A stretch of 64,000 nt of DNA from Chrysomallon squamiferum (Eukaryota > Animalia > Mollusca), in contig CM022678.1 of the NCBI GenBank assembly GCA_012295275.1, positions 2,046,001 through 2,110,000 of the forward strand. Direction: 5' to 3'. The notes beneath the pieces are model-generated. The model made no database searches, was not told the origin of the DNA, and saw only the letters and a list, made by a program, of their open reading frames with translations. Positions 26,901 through 39,087 of the stretch are shown piece after piece. How positions within the stretch are numbered: the first letter of the stretch is position 1; every line of letters starts with the position of its first letter. The translations under genes were made by a program, and so were the position numbers.

Positions 26901-27952
26901 CATTGTCGGTGATTATTTTTACGGTGTCGGAAATGATAGAGTAAATTGCTAATACTCCTGCCGTAGACAATATATAAATAAATAAATAAATATATATATA
27001 TATAAAAATCAAATGATTCCTGTAGTTTTCAAGTATAACTACAACTATTGCTATTACTTCAACAAGAATAAGAACTGCAGTAATATTATTACTATTAAAA
27101 TAAAGCTATCCCTGTGAAAATACAAAGAAATATATAATCAGTAGTAAATAAATTAATTAATTAATAAGAAATATATAATTCTCAGTAACCTCAACTGTAG
27201 TAAGTAGTAGTAGTAATTGTTGATAGAAGTAGTAGTAAATAAATAAACACACCAACAAAAGAATAAAAAAGAATAAAAAAAAAAAAAAAAATACAACAAC
27301 CACAAAAAAAAAAAAAAAAAAAAAAAAAAATAAAAATAAAAATAAACAGTTCCTTATGTCAAACTACCAGGCTAAAATCCATTTCAGAATTTGGAAATGA
27401 AATGTTGTTACAAATAAATCATACTTCTATCATTTATTTATTAATTATTTAAAACATCAACGTTACTAAATAATCAGCACTGAATATCTTATGACACTTA
27501 CGATCAACAGGATAGTACATATCTTTAATATACGATCTAAGCACTTAATTTAAATACTGCCATACTTATATTCCAGAAAATATTTAGCTTTTAGATTCGT
27601 TCTTTGGCAAGGGAAATAACCGAAACATATATCTGTCACGAGTTAGCTCCACTTACAGTGCAGGTTATTGACTTGCTAGTACTCGACTGAGTAATTGGTT
27701 CTGAAATAATAATTCCCAGTGAGACGCGCATTTTGAAAATATTTGTGACCGAAATTTTCCTTTTGGATTCGTCTCTGTTTTTAACCATATAATGTTGTTT
27801 TGTTTTTAAATTTGATTTTAATTTAATAAGTATTTATCTTTTCATTTCTTCTTCATTATTATTATTATTAATTATTTTTTTTTTTTAATTACTATTTTGA
27901 ACGAATAGTTAGACATAACTAGTAATAGTATTATGTTGTTCTTGTTGTTATC

Positions 27953-28001
<49 letters not shown>

Positions 28002-28466
28002 GTGTAGAATTTATTAATTACTATTAATTTATTTACAAATATCATCCATGTTCATAAAACAAACTATCTTCTTTACAATACCATTTCGTTCTTTTAATTT
28101 TACTTTTTTAAAAAAGAAAAAGAAAAAGAAAGAATAAAAATAATAAAACAATGCACCTACTGTACAGTGAACCAAAGTAATATTGTGTTGTTATGGTGAC
28201 AGGTTTAAATTTAAATAGAGACAAACCGAAAACCAGTCTATTCCCAGCAGACCGGATGTGTATTCTGTTAGCTAATATGGCGTCTTGAGAATTAAAATTG
28301 GTGTAGTTTGTGAACTGAAGACTTGTTTCAGTTAGAAAATAAAGTAAATATGCATATCTCTAGATTAATAGAAACACGCAGATACGTTCGTTATAAACAC
28401 ATACATACAAACATAAACACATGCACATGCAAACAAACAAACATATCAGCAACAATAACAACAACA

Positions 28467-28498
<32 letters not shown>

Positions 28499-29509
28499 TA
28501 ATAACAACCACAGCAACAACAGCAACAACACCAGTAGCAGTAATAATAATAAAAATAAAAATAATAACCACCACAACAACAACAACAACAACACCAGTAG
28601 CAGTACTACTACTACTAATAATAATAATAGCCAGCTGAAGGACAAATGTATTATGACGTAATAACGTAGATAGAGGTCCTGAAAACTGGTATAGAAATTC
28701 TGCCGATAATTTACTCTTTGTTCTGCCTTGATGAGCGATTAGAAAAATTAATGAAAGCCTAATTTTCATTCCTTCACGGCTCGTGAACGCAGACGTTAGA
28801 AAGGATTCACGTTAAATATTTAACGAAGACGGTATAGCATTTCACGTGAAACACGCCTGCTTTTTAACACTTTTGAAAAGAACAACGAAGAAAAAGAGAA
28901 TTATTGAGTAACCTCGCTTTTGTTTACAAACTTTATTATGATGTTGTTGTCAGGTAGCAAGAGAAAACAGTTTAAAGCTTAGTGATTTTAAACAAAAACT
29001 TTATTATTTATTTATTTTCAAATTTTGAATTTTCTTCTTTCTTTTTTTTTTTTTTTTTTTTTAAATGTTATAAATAAATAAATAAATAAAAACAAAAATA
29101 AAATAAATATAATAATACTTTTAAGGTGACGGTAACATTTTCACTATGTTAAACTAAGAAAAACTTTTTTTTTTAAAGTTTTGGAAACTTTTGTTTTGAA
29201 CACAGAACATTTATTTCAGAGCTCGTTATAATACATTTTCACGTTCTTGTGACGTTGCCAAATTGACAGCGAGGCTAGAAATGTCCAAACTCTTGTCTCT
29301 TCGTAGATAACTTCATAGATTTCTTTCTTTCTTTCTTCTTCTTCTACTTCACTTTATGTAATTTTTTTTTTTTTTTTCAGATTTTTAATTTGGATTGTGT
29401 GGCCGTCCAGAATTAAAATGTCATTTTCAAACTCATATAACGGACACTTAACATTTTGTAGCAGTACCAAATTTTTAAATTTCTATCAATTTTCATGTTT
29501 TGTATAGCT

Positions 29510-29567
<58 letters not shown>

Positions 29568-30746
29568 CAATACGATACAAAAACTTTATTCCGATATTTT
29601 GCTTGCTTTCTGAGACAGCGTCAGCAAAAGTAATATGAACCATTTCTCATAGCAAAACATTGATTGATTAATTAACAAACAACAGAGACGATATATAACT
29701 GAGATCTGTTTATTACTGTCACAAAAAAATACCTCAATTACTTCCATGTCTGAATATTCAATATTAAAAAAAAAAAAAAAAATCTAATTTTGAGTGGATA
29801 AATAAAATAAAGTGTTCTGTCATTAATTTCAGATATAACCAGTGCAAAGCATAGCTGAATTTGTACTTGGATTTATAAAGCAGCGTGTTGTACTAAAGTA
29901 GAAACCTGCCTACGTAGAAGAAACAATATAACTTTTTTTATTTCTTTCTTTCTTTATCACACACAAAAACATGTGATAATCTAACAGTGAATCACACACA
30001 GCAGAGTTTGCACTTTTCAACTGTTAGTCGTGGTTGTTTTTTTCTTGTACTTTTCAAACATTCATCCTTGAATGCGTTGTTGAGAATTAGTCTCGCTGGC
30101 TGAAAATAGGTGAAACGGGAATAGTCGCATGTACTTGTTATTGGCTGTTTTATTTTATTATTAATACAAATCTGTGGAGACGGTTAACAATATCAAACAG
30201 TTTTTTACTCCATCGACTAAGTCTTCACCTTCTTGTCAGTTAGTTTCACACTCACGTTAAGTCCACATCTACGTGAAAATAACGTCCAAACGTATTTCTT
30301 GACTTTCTTTTTATAACTTGGATCGTTTGAATTAAAACAACATAAAATGTTTCAGTAATCAACACTGAAAGCGAAGCAAGAAGAAGAAGACATAGGCTGA
30401 CTTTTAAAGTATCGATCCCGCGACCTACGTCATAGCGAGATCGACTGGACAAGATTGCAAGAAACCAGCCTATGTTTTAAAACTGAACTGCAAAAATTTA
30501 TTTTAAAACATAAAGAATATTTATTTGTTATTCCTAAACAAATTAAAAGACAAGTGCATAAGACTGTGATTGTTAATATTAGTGTCCATTCTCAGCAGCA
30601 AAAACGAAAGAAACTTATTTCTTTTTAAGTGAATCGAGCCGCAGATTTCCCATGTTCTTTTTCACAGTAGACAACATACAAAATGATTAGATAAAAATTA
30701 ATTAGCTTCTTCATTGGTATCGGAATATGACAACGTAATAGATTTT

Positions 30747-31211
30747 CTAGGTCTTCTGTATCTTTTTAGCAAGCATAACAAACGACCCTTCAAAATCAGG
30801 CTGAAATTTCGGTTTTAGGTCTTCATGTTTGTTCACCATCCACTTAACAATCTCTAAATCACCTCCACTGTAAACATTCTTCGTCTCTGCCTCTGTTAAA
30901 CTCAGAGAGAAGAATTTCTTATCACCTACTGTGTAAAAACGTACACCGAACACGCCGTGGACAATCAGATATCCGTTTGTTTTCAGCAGAGAAACCAGCC
31001 GATTAACAATAGACTGGTACACTTCAATATTTGGCGCTGTCGCCTCTAAACACAGTGACGTCAATATGAGGTCATAGGGTTGACGTGACGTCACTTCAGG
31101 CCAAGAATCGGCAAGAAGATCTACGTAGAAGACGTCCTTGACTTTTTCTTTCATTTCCTTTTCTCTAGAAGCTGGGCTTTCACTGAAAATAATAATAATA
31201 ATAATAATTAA

Positions 31212-31242
<31 letters not shown>

Positions 31243-32702
31243 AAGAAGATGAGGTGGAGGAAGTGAAACAGAATAGGAAAAAGAAGAAATAGTAGTAGTA
31301 TGTAAGTGAATAAGTAAGTAAGTAAGATGTCACATTACTATTCATACCATTATCATCATCATCAACATAATGATCATCATTATTATTGTTATAGTTTTGT
31401 CTTGTTAGCATTGTTATTGTTTTTTGTTTTTATCTTTATTTTTTTTTTGTTTTTTTGTTATCATTTTGTTGTTGTCGATTTAAAACTATACCCTTGTCCC
31501 TCCTTGTCGACAATGTACTGAAAGAACTTTTCAAAGCTGTGTTTCATGGTCCCCTCCCTCCAGCTCTTCAGCGCCGCCCTGTTTCGCACGGAGAAGTCAC
31601 TCAGGTAGATCTCATCAAAATGTTTACTGGCGCTGATGACGTTGTGGATGGTGGGGCCAGAGCCGACGTCGAGCAGACGACATCCACGAACATCTCCTAC
31701 ACAGAGAGAGACAGGTAGACCGTGCTTAACCATGTTGCTGTTTGTTTGTTTGTTCCGTACATCTCTGTGATGCACACGTGTGTGTGTGTGTGCGTGTGTG
31801 ACTGAGAGAGAGAGAAAGAGAGAGCATGTAAAGACATCAATAATTAAAAAAACTGAAGTTTTCTCGTTAATAATTACTCAATTAATTAATGCTACCTTTA
31901 GCGAATATTTCGTGAAGACAATCAATGTTGAACTTCATAAGGTCACCTTCTTCCGGATGATCTGTGACGTCACTGACGTAACTTGAAAGGAACACATCCG
32001 GGTCAAATTTCGTGTTATAGTCTTCACCTCTGCATATTGGTTCACCTGAAAAAAAAAGGTGGAATAAAGGAGTAATAATAAAAATGACAACAACTGCAAC
32101 AGCAACAACAATAATAATAATAACAACAATAGTAATAATAATAATAACAACAATAATAATAATAATAATAACAACAATAATAATAATAACAACAACAATA
32201 ATAATAATAATAACAACAGTAATAATAATAGCAACGACAGCGGTAACAACACTAACGACGGCTCAGACGTCCATTTTGATGGATATTACTGGTTCTCCGC
32301 AAGAAGATACTCAGGCTAGAAGAAATGATGCAAATAACATTTCATTAGACGCAATCATTCCAATAAACAGACACGTCTGTATCATCTGCCAGACTGTCCT
32401 GCGACAGACACACCCTGTCATGTGACAGACTCCCCCTGTCATGTGACAGACTCCCCCTTTCCTTCACATGACTTTATCTGACTTGCGTATTCATCGTGTA
32501 TTTACTTATCACTTACATCAGTCACACATTTTACGTTTTTTATTTCGACTACTATTGCGTACGTAGCATCTTGAAACAAACATGGATTTTTACTTAATTA
32601 TCAGACAACAGATACATATATAGATAGCACCTACTACACTTGTTTGGAAACTTACATCACCAATTAATAAATCTGTTTTATAACTAACAAACCTTTCTCC
32701 AT
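30747..32702 (-). CDS. NNMT/INMT/PNMT-family SAM-dependent methyltransferase, copy A, 266 aa
   Basis: complement(join(30747..31182,31492..31696,31896..32045,32693..32702)), 801 nt, GT-AG. Reads MEKGEPICRGEDYNTKFDPDVFLSSY; motif I LLDVGSGPTIH; IYLSDFS; YDLILTSLCLE; LLKTNGYLIV. The 10-nt first coding exon is inferred from ATG GAG AAA G|GTTTGT, whose phase fits exon 2. Confidence 0.88.
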
Positions 32703-32902
32703 CGTGAATTGTTTCAAATATGCACTTGACAAAATATCAGGTGACCACAACGTATTTGATTGCAAAGGTTGAGTCGACCTAGTCAGGGGCTGATCTAGAG
32801 AGGTTTACAGGGAGATCTGTGTTGTTAAACTGAAGTAATGAAGTCATCGTAGTAGTTATTTATTTATATATTTATTCATTTTTATTATTATTGCCATTAT
32901 TA

Positions 32903-32955
<53 letters not shown>

Positions 32956-33787
32956 AGACATACACACACACAGTGTATTTATAGTGATTAATTTTGTTGA
33001 TTTACTTACTTACTTACTTTTTTACATCTTTATTTATTTATTTGTTTATGAATTCATTTGTATTTGTTTGTGTGTTTGTTTATTTATTTACGTATTTGTT
33101 TGTTTGTTTGTTTGTATATTTGAATATTTGTCCACTAGTAACACTGAAAGTGAAACAACAAGAAGAAGCTATAGGCTGATATTCAAGTTTCGATCCAAGC
33201 TACCCCATAGCGAGATCGACTGGACAAGATTGCAGGAAACCAGCCTATGTTTTAAAACTGAACTGCAAACTTAATTTAAAATATAAACCATGTTTACCTA
33301 AACAAGTTTTCCACTGGCTCCAGAGATATATATATATAGCATATATTTATTGCAATATATCGTAATTTAAGTTTTTCTAAGAAAAACAATTATTATTTTT
33401 CTTTTATTCCCGCTCAGCTGTATATCATTAGGAAGTTTATTTTATTAGTGTGTATTTGTCTGTACACAGGAACACAGCTGTTTATAACCAGTGTCTGCCA
33501 CCGCGCAAAATGGCGCACGGTTTTTCCTGTACAGCTCAAAGCGCATGCGCTGCCGGGAACATTTAAAAACGTGTCATTTCTTCCGTTTTTTTTTTTTTTT
33601 TTTTTTGGTTAATACGTGTTACAGATTCATTGAATAACTCATGATCAAACAAACAACACACAATACAAAACATATCTTCCTCTTTATTTCTATGCTATTC
33701 ACAATTATTTTTATTTATTTATTTATTTATTTATTTATATAATTGGCTTCTTCAGTGGTATCGGAATATGTCTACGTAATAGATTTT

Positions 33788-34263
33788 CTAGGTCTTTTGT
33801 ATCTTTTTAGCAAGCATAACAAACGACCCTTGAAAGTTAGGCTGAAATTTCTGTTTTAGGTCTTCATATTTGTTCACCATCCACTTCACGATCTCTAAAT
33901 CACCTCCACTGTAAACATTCTTCGCCTCCGCCTCTGTTAAACTCAGAGTGAAAAATGTCTGATCACTTACTGTGTAAAACGTTTCTTCCAACACGCCGTG
34001 GACAATCAGATATCCGTTTGTTTTCAGCAGAGAAACCAGTCGATTAACAATAGACTGGTACACTTCAATATTTGGCGCTGTCACCTCTAAACACAGTGAC
34101 GTCAATATGAGGTCATAGGGTTGACGTGACGTCACTTCAGGCCAAGAATCGGCAAGAAGATCTACGTAGAAAACGTCCTTGACTTTTTCTTTCATTTCCT
34201 TTTCTCTAGAAGCTGGGCTTCCACTGAAAATAATAATAATAATAAAAATAATAATAATAATAA

Positions 34264-34294
<31 letters not shown>

Positions 34295-34574
34295 AAGATG
34301 AGGTGAAGGAAGTAAAACAGAATAGGAAAAAGAAGAAATAGTAGTAGTATATAAGTGAATAAATAAGTAAGATGTCTCTGTTGTACCATTATTATCATCA
34401 TCATTATTGATATAGTCTTGTGCTGTTAACACTGTTACTGTTTTTTTGTCGTTGTTGTTGTTGTTTTTTTTTGTTTTTTTTTATTATTATTATTAGGATT
34501 TGTTGCTACTGTTTTTGTTTTTGTAGCTTTTGTTAATATTATTGTTGAGGGGTTTTTATTGTTATTATTTTGTT

Positions 34575-34605
<31 letters not shown>

Positions 34606-34743
34606 CGTTATCGACAATGTACTTGTAGCTGTTGTTGCAGTTAATACTGCAATGTTGTTTTTAGTTGTTGTTGTAAAGTTATTTTCTTCTTATTATTATT
34701 ATTATTGTTGTTGATATTGATTTAAAACTTTTTTGAAAAGTTA

Positions 34744-34792
<49 letters not shown>

Positions 34793-34806
34793 GCTGTTGT
34801 TGTTGT

Positions 34807-34837
<31 letters not shown>

Positions 34838-35450
34838 ATTAAAAACTATACCCTTGTCCCTCCTTGTCGACAATGTACTGAAAGAACTTTTCAAAGCTGT
34901 GCTTCATGGTCCCCTCCCTCCAGCTCTTCAGCGCCGCCCTGTTTCGCACGGAGAAGTCACTCAGGTAGATCTCATCAAAATGTTTACTGGCGCTGATGAC
35001 GTTGTGGATGGTGGGGCCAGAGCCGACGTCGAGCAGACGACATCCACGAACATCTCCTACACAGAGAGAGACAGGTAGACCGTGCTTAACCATGTTGCTG
35101 TTTGTTTCCGTACATCTCTGTGATGCACGTGTGTGGGTGTGTTGTAGCATGTAAAGACGTCAATAATTAAAAAGAAATGAAGTTTTCTCGTTAATAATTA
35201 CTCAATTAATTAATGCTACCTTTAGCGAATATTTCGTGAAGACAATCAATGTTGAACTTCATGAAGCCACCTTCTTCTGGTTCACCTGTGACGTCACTGA
35301 CGTAACTTGAAAGATACACATCCGGGTCAAATTTCGTGTTATAGTCTTCACCTCTGCATATTGGTTCACCTGAAAAAAAAGTGGAATAAAGGAGTAATAA
35401 TAAAAATGACAACAACTGCAACAGCAACAACAATAATAATAATAACAACA

Positions 35451-35490
<40 letters not shown>

Positions 35491-36000
35491 CAATAGTAAT
35501 AATAATAGCAACGACAACGGTAACAACACTAACGACGGCACAGACGGCCAGTTTGATGGATATTACTGGTTCTCCGCAAGAAGCTACTCAGCCTAGATGA
35601 AATTGTGCTAGTAAAACATTTCTTTAGACGCGATCATTCCAATAAACAGACACGTCTGTATCATCTACCAGACTGTCATGCAACAGACACACCCTGTCAT
35701 GTGACAGACTCCCCCTGTCATGCAACAGACTCCCCCTGTCATGCAACAGACTCCCCTTTCCTTCACATGACTTCATCTGACTTGCGTATTCATCGTGTAT
35801 TTACTTATTACTTACATCAGTCACACATTTTACGTTTTTTATTTCGACTACTATTGCGTGCATAGCATTTTGAAAACAAACATGGATTTTTACTTAATTA
35901 TCAGACAACAGATATATATAGATAGTACCTACTACACTTGTTTGGAAACTTACATCACCAATTAAGAAATCTGTTTTATAAGTAACAAACCTTCCTCCAT
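33788..36000 (-). CDS. NNMT/INMT/PNMT-family SAM-dependent methyltransferase, copy B, 266 aa
   Basis: complement(join(33788..34223,34852..35056,35220..35369,35991..36000)). Exon sizes match copy A (10/150/205/436). Reads MEEGEPICRGEDYNTKFDPDVYLSSY ... LLDVGSGPTIH ... SFVMLAKKIQKT. Confidence 0.88.
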
Positions 36001-36491
36001 ATTGAATTGTTTCTGACCTGCACTTGACAAAATAACAGCTGACGAAAACGTACGTGATTACACAGGTTGAGACGACCTAGTCAGGGGCTGATCTAGAAAG
36101 GTTTACAGGGAGATCTGTGTTGTTAAACTGAAGTAATGACAGGCTTTGTTCTTTCAGAAGTGTCATGGTAGTAGTTATTTATTTATATATTTATTTATTT
36201 TGATTATTATTGTCAATATTACAAACACACACATCACCAATTAAGAAACTTACACCACCAAACATTCCTTCATATTGAATTGTTTCTGACCTGCACTTGA
36301 CAAAATATCACGTGACCACAACGTATTTCATTACACAGGTTGAGACGACCTAGTCAGGGGCTGATCTAGAGAGGTTTACAGGGAGATCTGTGTTGTTAAA
36401 CTGAAGTAATAACAGGCTTTGTTTTTTTACAGAAGTGTCATGGCATTAGTTATTTATTTATATATTTATTCATTATTATTATTATTGCCAT

Positions 36492-36543
<52 letters not shown>

Positions 36544-36692
36544 CAGAAAGCATATATATATATATATATATTTTTTTTAGTGATTTAGTTACTTACTTCC
36601 TTATTTGTTTGTTTGTTTATTAGTTCGTTTATGAATTTATATATTTTTTGGTATTTGTATATTTATTTATTTATTTATTTATTTTGTATTTG

Positions 36693-36723
<31 letters not shown>

Positions 36724-37060
36724 CTTTATTTCAGTAATATTGTAAAGTTTATAAACTGTTTTAATAATTAATGTTTCATTGTTTTATTACAAATAAGTCA
36801 TCAAAAAATATTTTATAAAAGTGTATTTTACTACTAAACTAAAAAATATTACAGCTAGGAATTTGTTTTTATTAATAATTTTATTTTTTTTTTTTTTTTA
36901 TCAAGAAAGTAATGAAATATTTGTAATTCTTATCAAATTAACTTTCCAGTGACATCAGTTTCAAAATCGATTCAATGTTTACCCATTTTTAGGCAAAACG
37001 ACAAAATTTGAGTGTCCAGATTTCCAGGATGAACACAATCGAAGATGGTCGGGTTAAAAT

Positions 37061-37140
37061 TTTACGTCTTGGGGTGATTCTTTACGTCTTGGGGTGATTA
37101 TTTACGTCTTAGGGTGATTCTTTACGTCTTGGGGTGATTC
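37061..37140. repeat. 4 x 20-bp tandem repeat
   Basis: TTTACGTCTTGGGGTGATTC x4 with single substitutions. Confidence 0.9.
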
Positions 37141-37292
37141 TACATAGAATGACGCTGAAATGCTATTATCAGACCATCTCATTATATACCACAATCCAAA
37201 ACACTTCCGGTCCCCAAGAATTTCGTACAAAGGATTGTCATCTTTTTTTGTTGTTATTGTTGTTAAAATGTACGTATTATTTGTAATTATGC

Positions 37293-37377
<85 letters not shown>

Positions 37378-37708
37378 ATGAAGGTGTTTTGGTACAAGTT
37401 TTATGTTTATTATTCTATTAAATTTTGTTTTAGATTTTAGTATTTTATTTCACTATGGTAATTTGTTAATATTTCTTTTTAAAAACGTTTTCTTTTTCCT
37501 CTTCTTCTTCTGTTAGACAAACAGACAGACAGACGAACAGCCTCACAGACGGACAGATGAATAAGTCAACAACAATAATTTAAAATAAATAAACCAAGAC
37601 ATGCATACGTACACATAGCATACAAAAATTAAGATATTTAACATTCTTAGATGTCAAACACATTTTTTCATAAATTATCAGTATTTTTTTTTCGCGTCGT
37701 TTTCATTT

Positions 37709-37755
<47 letters not shown>

Positions 37756-38118
37756 TTAATTTATTATTATTATTATTAATTATTATTATTATTATTACTA
37801 TTATTTGAAATGTATATAGTTATTCTCGATTATGCAACTGAATATTTCGTGTTTGTATGAAATTATGTATGTTTCTGCTTTTAAAAGGTTTCCGTCAAAC
37901 AGAATGAATCATAATAAAACAGAAAATAAAACAAACAGAAGAGATATATTCAAGTATTATATTTCTTTATTTACTCTAAATATTATAGAAAATAATTTAT
38001 TGTCCTCTTGTTGAAACAAACAAACAAACAAAAGAAAAAACGCAGAGGGATGGCAAAAGTCCAGCGATGCAGAATGTCAGCCATTTTGTTTTTTATAAGC
38101 AGACGGCAAAATTCCGCT

Positions 38119-38496
38119 TCAGAAATCAAAATCCGTTTTAAATTTATTCAAAAATTCTCTCTTGTTCCAACTGCCTCTCTTTTGAGGATAGTCGCATCTG
38201 AAAGCGAGAAAAAATAAATAATAGATATATATTAGAGAAAATAATAATGACGATGATAATAATAATTTAGTAGTATTTTAAAACAAAGATAGACAGACAG
38301 GCAGATGATGATAACCAATTTTTGTTTTTCAATTATGTTAGAATAAAACGTATTTTAAAAAAAACAAAAATAAAACAATATAGACAAACAGGCTAAATTA
38401 GATTTATTAATTTTTTTGTTTTTTCATAATTATGTTAACACAAAACGTATACTATATAAAAAAATAAAAAAAAAATATAGTAATACAAAGACGCAG

Positions 38497-38591
<95 letters not shown>

Positions 38592-39087
38592 CAGAGAGAG
38601 ACAGAGACAGAACAAGGGAGAGGGAAAGACAAAGAGAGAGAAAGTGAGAAACAGAGAGAGAATGAAAGAGACAGAGAGAGAATGAGAGAGATTGAGAGAG
38701 AGAGAGTGAGAGACAGAGAGAGAGTCACGGAGACAGAGAGAGAGACAGATACAGAGAGACAGAGACAGAGAGAAAGAGAGAGACAGTGGGAGACAGAGAG
38801 AGACAGAGAGAGAGAGAGAGACTGAAAGAGAGACACAGAGAGAGAGACAGAGAGACAGATTCGTACCGTGGCGGTTTCCCTCCCTTCTTGCCACACTCCA
38901 CGTAGCAGTCTGCGTACATCTTACAACACATGTGCTCGTGCTCCCGCTGAGACACCCCGTCCCCCAGCTCCACCCTGCTGCAAGCAAACCTCTCCCTGAG
39001 ACAGTCTGTCAGAGTGCATTCCTGTGTGGTCACGTGAACTGTAGCCAAAACGAGGCAGCTTACAATGAGAACTGTTTCAATCTTCAT
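38119..39087 (-). CDS. Small secreted cysteine-rich prepropeptide (99 aa): signal peptide, 8-Cys domain, KR-GSWN-KR, C-terminal peptide; putative neuropeptide precursor
   Basis: complement(join(38119..38197,38867..39087)). Donor CG|GTACGA and acceptor TTTCAG|A are both phase 2. Protein: MKIETVLIVSCLVLATVHVTTQECTLTDCLRERFACSRVELGDGVSQREHEHMCCKMYADCYVECGKKGGKPPRCDYPQKRGSWNKREFLNKFKTDFDF. An acceptor (ATT)n-TTTCAG lies 2 nt before the ATG. Confidence 0.8.
38501..38860. repeat. (GA)n and GA-rich microsatellite filling the intron of the secreted-peptide gene; representative of dozens of (GA)n, (CA)n, (AAT)n and (TAC)n tracts in the window
   Basis: Seen directly. Similar tracts at about 3851-3922, 5390-5477, 14022-14097, 15613-15712, 45325-45430 and 50355-50930. 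Confidence 0.95.

Larger units (their letters stand above)
30360..36600 (-). repeat. Tandem segmental duplication carrying the two methyltransferase genes, plus a third copy of promoter and exon 1
   Basis: Flanks at 30360-30495 and 33140-33270 match, and exons and much intron sequence are near-identical. The block GACCTAGTCAGGGGCTGATCTAGA occurs three times (about 32776, 36074, 36347). Confidence 0.9.

Noticed and set aside
30390-30475. SECIS, vault RNA or Y RNA identity for the stem-loop
   Set aside because: The methyltransferases have no in-frame TGA, and there is no clear SECIS core, A-box or oligo-T terminator. Kept only as an unassigned structure.
38895-38930. CCKMYADCY resembles the phospholipase A2 CCxxHDxCY motif
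   Set aside because: The catalytic His-Asp pair and the calcium loop are absent; only the Cys spacing matches.
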